This document shows positions 24,594 through 32,000 of a DNA stretch of 32,000 nt, piece after piece. This stretch comes from Candidatus Saccharimonadota bacterium (GTDB lineage: Bacteria; Patescibacteriota; Saccharimonadia; Saccharimonadales; Saccharimonadaceae). Below the pieces are notes generated by a model. It saw nothing but the letters and a program-made list of their open reading frames with translations. It did not search any database and had not been told where the DNA came from. Every line of letters starts with the position of its first letter. Position 1 is the first letter of the stretch. The translations under genes and the position numbers were made by a program. Location of the stretch: the NCBI GenBank assembly GCA_002421785.1, contig DIRZ01000003.1, forward strand, positions 180,001 to 212,000, given 5' to 3'.

Positions 24594-27089
24594 CTAGATG
24601 CGTTCAGCGCCAAGCTCATTCTTTGCAGCATTTGCTGCATAATCCATAACGGGTTTTATTGTATCATCTTTCAAGGTCTCGTGATAACTTGTGAATTCAA
24701 TATGCAACGTTACCGTCTTTGTCGACGCAATTTCTTCGGCACGGTATATGCTTACGGGAGTTATCCGAACATCCATACCGGCTGCGTTTTCAGCGACAGC
24801 GGCCCAAACTGTATGAAAGATTTGCTCGTATGTTACCTCGACGGGGACCTTCAATGATATATCTTGACTAGTCATTGGGTAGCGCGATAGTGGCGCATAG
24901 TTGACACGCCGTATTTCACTCGCCGCCTGAAGTGCCGCCATATCCAGGCTCATCGCGGCGGTATAAGCTGGTAATTTAAACGCTCCCAGAACCGTTTGCT
25001 TCAGCTCGCCAATGATTCCAATCTCATCTCCCTGCCGTGTAGAAACAATAGCGCTCCTCGAAAGGTCAAACGGTGCCGTTGTGGCGCTATATTCAGAGTG
25101 TGTCGCAGGCGAAAACCTAAGTGTAAATCCAAGATCTTTCGCAAGTTGGGCTACAAGACGACGCATATAGTAGTACGCGGCGCCTTCTTTTCCTTGTCGG
25201 CTCGTGTATACCGCATCAGCATACTCGATCTCTTTTGGCAGACCGTCGTCATCCGCTAGATGAAGTTTCTTGTTGTGGCCCTTGCCGATTTCAAATAGTG
25301 TAAACTCGTCAAACCCAGCTTTAATATTTGCATGTACCTTATCAAGTAAACTAGGCAATACACTCAACCGGTAATACTGCAGGTCAGGGCTCAACGCGTT
25401 ACCTAGTTTAAAGGCCTCTTCCGGTTTTTGCTCGGCACGCTTCATGATGTTTTCGTGAACGAAACTGTAGGTCAGTACCTCGCTCGAACCTGACCGCCCC
25501 AGACTCTGGCGGACTCGCTGCTTAGCAACGCGAGCAGGATTGTGTGGCGCAGGCGATATACTGCGTTGCGGTAGCTCGCGCGGCAATTTGTCGAACCCAT
25601 AGAGCCGCCCAACTTCCTCGACAACATCTTCGGGCAGCTGAATGTCCGTACGCCAATACGGCACCGTAACAACAAGTTCGTGTGCTTCAATAGCCACCAC
25701 AAATTCGACATTTCCAAGAATCGACGAGATCTGCTGCGCGTCCAGGCCAAGCCCCAGTCGAGTATTTATAAAATCGACAGATACTACAACAGGAGCTGGC
25801 ATTGCAAGTTCACCCGATACATCATTAACCTCGCTCGCTTGCGCGCCATTAGTCACATTAAGGACCGACTGCAACAAGCGGTCCATAACGAACGGCTGCT
25901 GAAGCGATGACTGACCCTTATTAAAACGAGTAAGCGCATCGGTAAATACCCCATGCCGCATACTTGTTTTACGAACAGTGTACATGTCGAAGTTAGCTAC
26001 TTCGAGGACGATACGTTGAGTCACGGCAGACACTTCGCTATTTGCTCCGCCCATGATACCGGCTAGCCCCACAGGGCCCTTGCCATCAATAATCACGAGG
26101 TCTTCAGAGGTCAGTGCATACGTCTTACCATTCAGCAACAAAAGTGTTTCGCCCTCATGCGCCCTGCGTGCCGCTAATTTATGTCCACGCAACTTGTCAT
26201 AGTCATAAGCGTGCACCGGCTGACCTGTCAAAAGCATGATGTAATTCGTCAGGTCAACGATATTATTAATCGACTTACTGCCTAGGCGAACAAGTTCGCA
26301 TTGCATCCAAAGAGGACTTGGTTCGACAACCACATCCTTAATAGCAACGGCCATAAAACGCCGAACGAGGTCTGGAGACTCATTTTCAACTGTTAGTTCT
26401 AAACCACCAGCAGATACAAACTCGGGCAGATTTTTATACCAATCAGGGCTAGTGAACTGCTGCGCGGTAATCCCGGCAATTTCACGCGCGACACCAAGCT
26501 GGCCAAAGCAATCAGGGCGATGGGTAAACATTTTATTTTCGATATCAATCACAATATCATCCAAGCCATATGCAGCAGCAAAACTCGCGCCGGCAGCCGG
26601 TTTTACATCATATGGCGTCCATTCATCAGAACGGATCTCAACAATACCATTATGATCCGAGCCGATTGCAAGCTCGTCTGCAGCAGCAAGCATACCATTA
26701 CTTTTAACACCACGCAGTTCACGAGCATCGAGTACAAATGGTTCATTCGTTCCATAAGTGGCGGGCACCGTACTACGTGGCGGCAGCCATACCGCCAGCA
26801 TATCAGCGTGCACGTTTGGCGCCCCACACACTACCCGCACATACCCACTATCATCTCGCTCGACGTCATCCACAACACCCGCATCATCAATCATACACAC
26901 GCTCAGTTTGTCGGCATTTGGGTGCGTTTCTGCGCTGACAACGCGCACGATAACGGCATCATTATATTTTTCACCCAAATCAACAACTTCTTCAACCCCA
27001 CCAAGTTGCTCATTAATCTTAGCGACGAGCTCATCAACGCTCATGTTCACATCGACATATTGCTTAATGATATTCAGACTAACCTTCAT
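24594..27089 (-). CDS. pheT: Phenylalanine--tRNA ligase beta subunit
   Basis: 831 aa. It has an N-terminal tRNA-binding (OB) domain ('HPNADKL..C'), B3/4 and B5 domains, and a C-terminal FDX-ACB-like domain. It lies immediately downstream of pheS. Confidence 0.93.
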   Translation of the reverse strand: MKVSLNIIKQYVDVNMSVDELVAKINEQLGGVEEVVDLGEKYNDAVIVRVVSAETHPNADKLSVCMIDDAGVVDDVERDDSGYVRVVCGAPNVHADMLAVWLPPRSTVPATYGTNEPFVLDARELRGVKSNGMLAAADELAIGSDHNGIVEIRSDEWTPYDVKPAAGASFAAAYGLDDIVIDIENKMFTHRPDCFGQLGVAREIAGITAQQFTSPDWYKNLPEFVSAGGLELTVENESPDLVRRFMAVAIKDVVVEPSPLWMQCELVRLGSKSINNIVDLTNYIMLLTGQPVHAYDYDKLRGHKLAARRAHEGETLLLLNGKTYALTSEDLVIIDGKGPVGLAGIMGGANSEVSAVTQRIVLEVANFDMYTVRKTSMRHGVFTDALTRFNKGQSSLQQPFVMDRLLQSVLNVTNGAQASEVNDVSGELAMPAPVVVSVDFINTRLGLGLDAQQISSILGNVEFVVAIEAHELVVTVPYWRTDIQLPEDVVEEVGRLYGFDKLPRELPQRSISPAPHNPARVAKQRVRQSLGRSGSSEVLTYSFVHENIMKRAEQKPEEAFKLGNALSPDLQYYRLSVLPSLLDKVHANIKAGFDEFTLFEIGKGHNKKLHLADDDGLPKEIEYADAVYTSRQGKEGAAYYYMRRLVAQLAKDLGFTLRFSPATHSEYSATTAPFDLSRSAIVSTRQGDEIGIIGELKQTVLGAFKLPAYTAAMSLDMAALQAASEIRRVNYAPLSRYPMTSQDISLKVPVEVTYEQIFHTVWAAVAENAAGMDVRITPVSIYRAEEIASTKTVTLHIEFTSYHETLKDDTIKPVMDYAANAAKNELGAERI

Positions 27090-27091
27090 AG

Positions 27092-28126
27092 CTAAAACTG
27101 CCTCAAGAAATTAAGTTTAGCACTTTCTAGGTGGCGAATGTCTTCGATATTGTGTTTCATCATCACAAGCCTGTCGATACCGCAACCGAACGCAAAACCG
27201 GTAAATTCATCACTATCGATACCAGCAGCAGCGAGAACGTTCGGATGAATCATACCGCACCCAAGTAGCTCAATCCATTTGCTGTGACTACAGACACTAC
27301 ATCCATCTTCGCAGAAAGGACATTCAAGTGCGAACTCGAAGCTTGGTTCGGTAAATGGAAAATAAAATGGATTAACACGAACGTTAAGCGAACGTCCATA
27401 GTATTCTTCCAGAAACTTCTGCAACGTTGCTACCAACATGCCCGCATGAACGCCTTTTGCAACATACACTCCCTCAACCTGATAAAACGTGTGCTCGTGA
27501 CGAGCGTCAAGGTCTTCGTTGCGGAATGTTCGATCAGGAACAACGACGGCAATCGCCTCACCTTGTGCCAAATTACCTTGATATTTTTTCAGCACGCGGT
27601 TCTGCATCGTACTGGTATGTGCTGGCGCGATAAGCGGATCGCCGTCTTGGTCGGTTTCGACTGTCATGAATGTATCGTAATCATCCCTTGCCGGATGGCC
27701 TTTAGGAAAATTAAGTGTTTCAAACATATGAAATTGGTCATCAATTTCTCGTGACTGTTCTGTCACAAACCCCATGCGATTAAATATAGCCGACACGCGC
27801 TCGATTTCCTGCGTCAGCGGGTGTAAGGTGCCTTGGCTCGCGGGCAACAACAGTGGTTCACTGCTATTCACGTCGAACGGTGCCGTAACATCAATAGTAG
27901 GCAGTGCAACCGTGGCAAGCTCAGCTTTGCGCTGACCGATTGCGTCGTCTACAGCTTTTTTCAATTCATTAACACGCTTCCCAAAATCGCCACGGTCTTC
28001 AGGGGGCAGCGAAGGAATCTGCGCGTAAAGCTCACGAAACTCCGGTGCTTTCGCCACTTCTGCAGGCGCCTCTGAAGCATGGACGCGCGCGATTAGTTTC
28101 TCTTTCAGTGATTCAACATCTATCAT
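27092..28126 (-). CDS. pheS: Phenylalanine--tRNA ligase alpha subunit
   Basis: 344 aa with class II motifs 'HPL', 'FRNEDLDARHEHTFYQVEG' and 'GFAFGCGIDRLVM'. Confidence 0.95.
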   Translation of the reverse strand: MIDVESLKEKLIARVHASEAPAEVAKAPEFRELYAQIPSLPPEDRGDFGKRVNELKKAVDDAIGQRKAELATVALPTIDVTAPFDVNSSEPLLLPASQGTLHPLTQEIERVSAIFNRMGFVTEQSREIDDQFHMFETLNFPKGHPARDDYDTFMTVETDQDGDPLIAPAHTSTMQNRVLKKYQGNLAQGEAIAVVVPDRTFRNEDLDARHEHTFYQVEGVYVAKGVHAGMLVATLQKFLEEYYGRSLNVRVNPFYFPFTEPSFEFALECPFCEDGCSVCSHSKWIELLGCGMIHPNVLAAAGIDSDEFTGFAFGCGIDRLVMMKHNIEDIRHLESAKLNFLRQF

Positions 28127-28133
28127 TACTGTT

Positions 28134-28142
28134 ATTGTACCA
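28134..28142 (-). promoter_or_regulatory. Extended -10 element TGGTACAAT, 7 nt upstream of the pheS ATG (candidate leaderless start)
   Basis: The reverse strand reads aaaaaTGGTACAATaacagtaATG. There is no SD. Confidence 0.5.
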
Positions 28143-28156
28143 TTTTTAGCAGATGT

Positions 28157-28435
28157 TTACTGATTCGCGATAATAACGAAGAAGATAAATATTGCCAGCG
28201 CAATCAGAAACAGCAAAAGCCAAACCGGTGCGAGCGTCGTCGTCGCTTTTGTGCCCTTTATATACTGGGAATCGTCGACACCATCGGGCGCATCATAGTA
28301 GCCCGCGCCATTCGCTCCTTCTTGCTTTGCTTTCGCCGCAGCCTTGGCGCGCAAATCTGCAGCAATTCGTTGCTGCAACTCACTTCGCGCTTCGGTTTGT
28401 TCTAAATATCGTCCCATATAGAAGCTAGTATACAT
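28157..28435 (-). CDS. Small tail-anchored membrane protein, unknown function
   Basis: 92 aa with a charged, A/K-rich N-terminal part and the C-terminal TM 'LAPVWLLLFLIALAIFIFFVII'. The start is ambiguous between ATG 28435 and ATG 28417. The latter has TATACT 9 nt upstream. Confidence 0.5.
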   Translation of the reverse strand: MYTSFYMGRYLEQTEARSELQQRIAADLRAKAAAKAKQEGANGAGYYDAPDGVDDSQYIKGTKATTTLAPVWLLLFLIALAIFIFFVIIANQ

Positions 28436-28458
28436 CAGAACTTGCCATGAACGGTATG

Positions 28459-28467
28459 TGCTATAAT
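28459..28467 (+). promoter_or_regulatory. Extended -10 element TGCTATAAT upstream of the MIP channel gene (leadered, with strong SD AAGGAGGG at 28487-28494)
   Basis: gtaTGTGCTATAATgatttcatatttcaaattaAAGGAGGGaatatacaATG. Confidence 0.55.
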
Positions 28468-28502
28468 GATTTCATATTTCAAATTAAAGGAGGGAATATA
28501 CA

Positions 28503-29414
28503 ATGGCTACTACAAAAGCCGCTTCTACCAAGAAAGCGACCGTCAAAAAGCCGGCCGCAGCCAAAGCCAAAACAACTGTCCGCACACTACGTGCTGATGC
28601 AAAACCGGTTGCAGCTTCTACTGTTCGCACACGCAGTGCATCCGTATTGCCAGGCAACATTGTTAATATCGTTTTTGCTGAACTTATCGGCACTTTCGTA
28701 CTGACACTTGTTGCGTTGCTTGCGTTTAAAGAAACAAGCGCGCTGTACGTCGGCCTAACCGCAACAGTTCTCGTCATGGCTATCGGTGCCATTTCAGGCG
28801 CTCATATTAACCCTGCCGTTACCTTTGGTTTATGGGCAATGCGTCGCCTCAAATCAATCTTGCTTCCATTCTATTGGGGTGCTCAGTTCCTCGGTGCAAT
28901 GCTTGCGGTCATCGTTATGAACCTTCTCACTGGTGGACTTACCAGCGGTGGTTCATACAACCTCAACTTTGATCACATTTGGTCACTCGATTGGCCTATC
29001 CTCGGCGTTGAGCTTATCGCAACCGCCGTCTTCATGTTTGGTCTTGCTGCTGCAACCAGCCGACGTGAACTAAGCGTTGGCTCCCGCGCACTCGGCGTCG
29101 GTCTATCTCTACTTGTTGGTTTGCTCGTTGGTGGAAGCCTCCTTGCAACAATCCAGGGTTCATACGACACGAGTAAATGGGCCAGTGTCAACGACGTTCA
29201 GCATGGATATCGCGTCAAAGCCGCAACCGTTAACCCAGCCGTCGCTCTTGCATCAACCGAAGCAACAGACGCTAGCCTTACCGGCCAACGCGCTGAAGAG
29301 ACCGAGAAGCAATACAGCCGATTCACAACTGAAGTTGTCCTCGGTTCGCTCATTGGTGCCGCACTCGGTGGCAACCTTTACCTCTTGGTCGCTGGCGCTC
29401 GTCGCAACGACTAG
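28503..29414 (+). CDS. MIP-family channel (aquaporin/glycerol-facilitator type) with an A/K/T-rich N-terminal tail
   Basis: 303 aa with two NPA boxes ('HINPAVTFG' and 'TVNPAVALA') and six hydrophobic helices. The first ~45 aa are 'MATTKAASTKKATVKKPAAAKAKTTVRTLRADAKPVAAS'. Confidence 0.85.
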   Translation: MATTKAASTKKATVKKPAAAKAKTTVRTLRADAKPVAASTVRTRSASVLPGNIVNIVFAELIGTFVLTLVALLAFKETSALYVGLTATVLVMAIGAISGAHINPAVTFGLWAMRRLKSILLPFYWGAQFLGAMLAVIVMNLLTGGLTSGGSYNLNFDHIWSLDWPILGVELIATAVFMFGLAAATSRRELSVGSRALGVGLSLLVGLLVGGSLLATIQGSYDTSKWASVNDVQHGYRVKAATVNPAVALASTEATDASLTGQRAEETEKQYSRFTTEVVLGSLIGAALGGNLYLLVAGARRND

Positions 29415-29430
29415 TACATCCGTACATTAT

Positions 29431-29459
29431 AAATACCCCGCATTCACTGCGGGGTATTT
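29431..29459. terminator. Bidirectional intrinsic terminator (11-bp stem, 7-nt loop, flanked by A/T runs)
   Basis: AAATACCCCGC-attcact-GCGGGGTATTT is followed by ATTTAATT. It sits between the MIP stop (29414) and the rmuC stop (29462). Confidence 0.75.
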
Positions 29460-29461
29460 AT

Positions 29462-30532
29462 TTAATTGTCGTTTCGAGGCTTATCGATTAACAGTGGTTC
29501 AACACTGGGGGCTGTACCAGCTATCTTCACAACGTCTTTATCGACTTTCCCCAGCTCTTTGTGAGCCGCATTGTAATGGTTTACTGTGGTGCCGAGCGCA
29601 CCTCCCAACCTATTCATGTACTCATCAAACTTACTAATGTGCTGGCCCAGCTTACCGACACGCACCTGGATATCTTTTGCCTGTTCCTCGATCTGCAGAC
29701 TCCTCAAGCCTTGTAGTACCGTCTGTAGGTACGCCATAAAACTCGTCGGGCTTGTAATGATAACATGCTTATCACGGAATGCGTATTCGATGAGGTCACG
29801 CGAACTTCCGCCCGTCCCTACGTTGTTGATAAGCAAATCATAGTAAAGTGACTCGCTCGGAATGAACATAAACGCAAAGTCCATCGTCTTTTCGCTTGGG
29901 CGAATATACTTACTCGTCTCATCTATCCTGCCCTTCAAGTCAACTTTAACCTTTTGCAGCAATTCATCACGCTCCTTGCCACTCGCATTAATCATGCGAT
30001 TATAGTTTTCCAGACTGAATTTGCTGTCAACCGGAAGAATCTGGCCCTTATCAAGAAATATCACCGCATCGGCTATGTCGCCATTTGAAAACTTGTACTG
30101 CATTTGAAACTGCGTCGTAGATAACACATTCTCGAGCACACTCTGCAAGTAGTATTCGCCAAACACGCCACGCTGTTTCGGGTTGCTCAGCACGTTCTGC
30201 AGTGTTTTCAGCTCATCGGCGACATCAACTACTCTTCGGTTTGTTTCATCAAGCTTCGCAAGACGCTGAGTCACATCCGCAACAAGCTTAGCGCTTTCGC
30301 TCAATTGTTTTTGAACCGAAGTCTGTACGCTCAAGCTACTTCGTTCCAGTTTATCGCCCATAGACTGCTGTAACATGGCAATAGTCCGAGAAAGCTCAGT
30401 CACGTCGCTCTTCATCATGTCCACCGAGCTATGCTGTTTGAGCTCGTTGAGTTTCTGAGTGAGAATATACATGATAGCTCCCAGACCAAAAACGAGCAGT
30501 AAGAGTACGATAATAAGCAATGTTTGTTCCAT
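29462..30532 (-). CDS. rmuC: DNA recombination protein RmuC
   Basis: 356 aa. It has an N-terminal TM, a long coiled-coil and an RmuC nuclease-like core ('DAVIFLDKGQILPVDSKFSLENY', 'FAFMFIPSESLY'). TACAAT lies 6 nt upstream of the ATG. Confidence 0.85.
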   Translation of the reverse strand: MEQTLLIIVLLLLVFGLGAIMYILTQKLNELKQHSSVDMMKSDVTELSRTIAMLQQSMGDKLERSSLSVQTSVQKQLSESAKLVADVTQRLAKLDETNRRVVDVADELKTLQNVLSNPKQRGVFGEYYLQSVLENVLSTTQFQMQYKFSNGDIADAVIFLDKGQILPVDSKFSLENYNRMINASGKERDELLQKVKVDLKGRIDETSKYIRPSEKTMDFAFMFIPSESLYYDLLINNVGTGGSSRDLIEYAFRDKHVIITSPTSFMAYLQTVLQGLRSLQIEEQAKDIQVRVGKLGQHISKFDEYMNRLGGALGTTVNHYNAAHKELGKVDKDVVKIAGTAPSVEPLLIDKPRNDN

Positions 30533-30570
30533 ATGCTTATTGTAGCATTGTAACCAGAAGGGCCTACACG

Positions 30571-31074
30571 CTAGGCAACAAGCACATAACGGATCGCAAC
30601 AATAAGCACGATAACAACGACAATCGCCAGGATGAAGGAGCGTAGCCGGCTAGCCCATGAAAACAACCCGTAAGCCAGTCCGAAAATTACTGCCAAGATT
30701 GCGACGAACCAGTACCACGCAAGGCCACTAAGCATAGCGCTCACACCCCATAACGCAATCGTTGCTGCAATGACAATCAGAAGCGGACGATACACGCGTA
30801 GTCGAGCAAGCGCAACAACCCCCGCTATCGCGCCGACAATCATTGCGACAATCGCGGCATAATGAGGCGCTTGGCCGCACTCGGCGCTAGATTGCGGGCG
30901 ACACAGGACAACACCAAACACAAACGTATTCATAAGGTATGATACCAGCGCAACAAGCAAACCCACTCCTACGCCTACAGCAATCGTTGCCATAAGCTCT
31001 CGCCCCGGCATAGATACAATCGGCGATACACGCGCAACAGACCCTGATTCATCACCAACTACTTCTCTATTCAT
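30571..31074 (-). CDS. Hypothetical 4-TM membrane protein
   Basis: The track ORF starts at TTG 31089. I prefer ATG 31074 (MNREVVGD...) because GGGAG lies 6 nt upstream. It has four hydrophobic helices and no recognisable motif. Confidence 0.5.
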   Translation of the reverse strand: MNREVVGDESGSVARVSPIVSMPGRELMATIAVGVGVGLLVALVSYLMNTFVFGVVLCRPQSSAECGQAPHYAAIVAMIVGAIAGVVALARLRVYRPLLIVIAATIALWGVSAMLSGLAWYWFVAILAVIFGLAYGLFSWASRLRSFILAIVVVIVLIVAIRYVLVA

Positions 31075-31108
31075 TACAACTCCCTGCAAACTAATTGTAT
31101 GTATTGTA

Positions 31109-31606
31109 CTATTTTTTTGCTTTTTTAGCTAGTCTCGGCGCAAGCTTAGTTTTTGCATAGGGCAAGTACCAAGCAGCTCCGAGCACGGCAAAACCGAGAC
31201 CTGCCATAACATCGAGTGGCGTGTGCACCTGCGCGAGGACACGTCCAATCGCGACAAGAACCGTCATTACGGCAAGAATGACAGCGTACTTTGAATTGCG
31301 AGTTGCAAACCACACCGCGAGCGTTAAAAAGCCCGCAAACAACGTATGGTCAGAGGGAAAGCCAGGGTTATCGAGGTACGCCGCGCCAGCTTGCACACCC
31401 AGTTGCTCAAAAGGGCGCAATTCTTGCGGCTGCCAAACCGCCGACACAAACTTAGCGAGCATATATGAAGTGATCCCTGCCATTAGCACACGCGTGTAAA
31501 TATCGTAGCGATGCGCGCCCGGTACTCTCATTAGTAACGCGTATGCCGCCAACAGTACAATGGGAAGCATCATTCCATCCGCAATTAATCGTATAAGGGT
31601 TTCCAT
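31109..31606 (-). CDS. PAP2-family lipid phosphate phosphatase (undecaprenyl-diphosphatase-like)
   Basis: 165 aa with the PAP2 motifs 'PSDH' (in 'GFPSDHTLFAG') and 'QVHTPLDVMAG'. TATACT (31613-31618) lies 6 nt upstream of the ATG and abuts the upstream stop codon. Confidence 0.78.
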   Translation of the reverse strand: METLIRLIADGMMLPIVLLAAYALLMRVPGAHRYDIYTRVLMAGITSYMLAKFVSAVWQPQELRPFEQLGVQAGAAYLDNPGFPSDHTLFAGFLTLAVWFATRNSKYAVILAVMTVLVAIGRVLAQVHTPLDVMAGLGFAVLGAAWYLPYAKTKLAPRLAKKAKK

Positions 31607-31618
31607 AGCATTAGTATA

Positions 31619-31978
31619 CTACTTTTTTGCACGAGCTTTTTTTATTGAATTTACTCCAAACATATCCATAATGACATCAGCAACCTTTTCGGGCATAGAC
31701 TCGTCAACTTCTGCTCGCCGTGCTGCAACGAGCTTTCTTCGAACTAACTGTTGGTTCTTCGCCTGCTCAGGTGGCCTGCTGATAGCCGGTTGCGGCTTCG
31801 AGGCCTGGGTTACACGCTTTGGCGTCGCCATCACCACCGGCTTGTTGTCATCGAGCAACTCTTTCAGATACGACCTTGGTCTTTCGGGCACATCCGCAAC
31901 TTGCTCAAGTATGCCGTCATGCTGCTGAATTTCCGGGGGGCAACTGCCGGGTTGTTTTGTGGTGCAAAATTTTGCCAT
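31619..31978 (-). CDS. Hypothetical basic protein with a Cys-rich N-terminus; the frame stays open to the window edge
   Basis: 119 aa from ATG 31978, with GAGGGG about 7 nt upstream. The frame remains open upstream to position 32000 (..ALCEGCP-MAKFCTTKQPGSC), so the true start could lie outside the window. The C-terminus is K/R-rich. Confidence 0.45.
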   Translation of the reverse strand: MAKFCTTKQPGSCPPEIQQHDGILEQVADVPERPRSYLKELLDDNKPVVMATPKRVTQASKPQPAISRPPEQAKNQQLVRRKLVAARRAEVDESMPEKVADVIMDMFGVNSIKKARAKK

Positions 31979-32000
31979 CGGGCACCCCTCACAGAGCGCT

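Noticed and set aside
26520-27114. 191-aa and 118-aa + strand ORFs antisense to the 5' part of pheT.
   Set aside because: pheT is unambiguous on the minus strand. The antisense translations are His/Thr/Ile-rich nonsense-like sequences without start signals.
29462-30532. RmuC and the PLD-family gene at 11444-12445, considered as components of an anti-phage defence island.
   Set aside because: Both are isolated single genes among housekeeping genes. RmuC has the canonical TM, coiled-coil and nuclease architecture. There are no helicase, ATPase, methylase, TIR/SIR2 or other defence partners nearby.

Overview
This is a gene-dense (about 90% coding), mostly minus-strand window from a small-genome monoderm bacterium. 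The content fits a Candidate Phyla Radiation / Saccharibacteria-like organism, but that assignment is inference from gene content only: split transketolase, type IV pilin, very reduced metabolism, and roughly 48-52% GC in my hand counts.

Housekeeping content:
- A sugar-phosphate supercluster: GAPDH, pilin, RpiB and an Rpe-like protein, then split Tkt, class II aldolase, two PfkB kinases and a LOG-like gene.
- A short Rel (p)ppGpp enzyme, inorganic pyrophosphatase, and a PLD-family plus GDPD pair.
- TrxB, a membrane-anchored FKBP, NDH-2, HtpX, Apt and YitT.
- PheS/PheT, a MIP channel, RmuC and a PAP2 phosphatase.

I found no rRNA, tRNA, CRISPR array, transposase or integrase.

The most system-like accessory locus is a four-gene minus-strand operon at 17849-21530:
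- Two secreted proteins carry TasA/camelysin-type 'SipW-cognate' signal peptides. One is a small TasA-like subunit and one has tandem CBM2-like beta-sandwich repeats.
- An archaeal/ER-type (Ser/His) signal peptidase is fused to an unrecognised polytopic membrane domain of about 280 aa.
- The fourth product is a two-TM, DUF5305-like protein.
I read this as a candidate TasA-like surface-fibre or adhesin assembly system.

Other signals:
- A -10 box sits 6-7 nt upstream of the ATG at eight or more genes, suggesting leaderless mRNAs.
- Three GC-rich, GC3-skewed genes (5768-6115, 13248-13970, 23691-24542) look foreign.
- The carbon operon has no visible transaldolase or classical PFK.

All product calls come from motif reading by eye. 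No database search was run.
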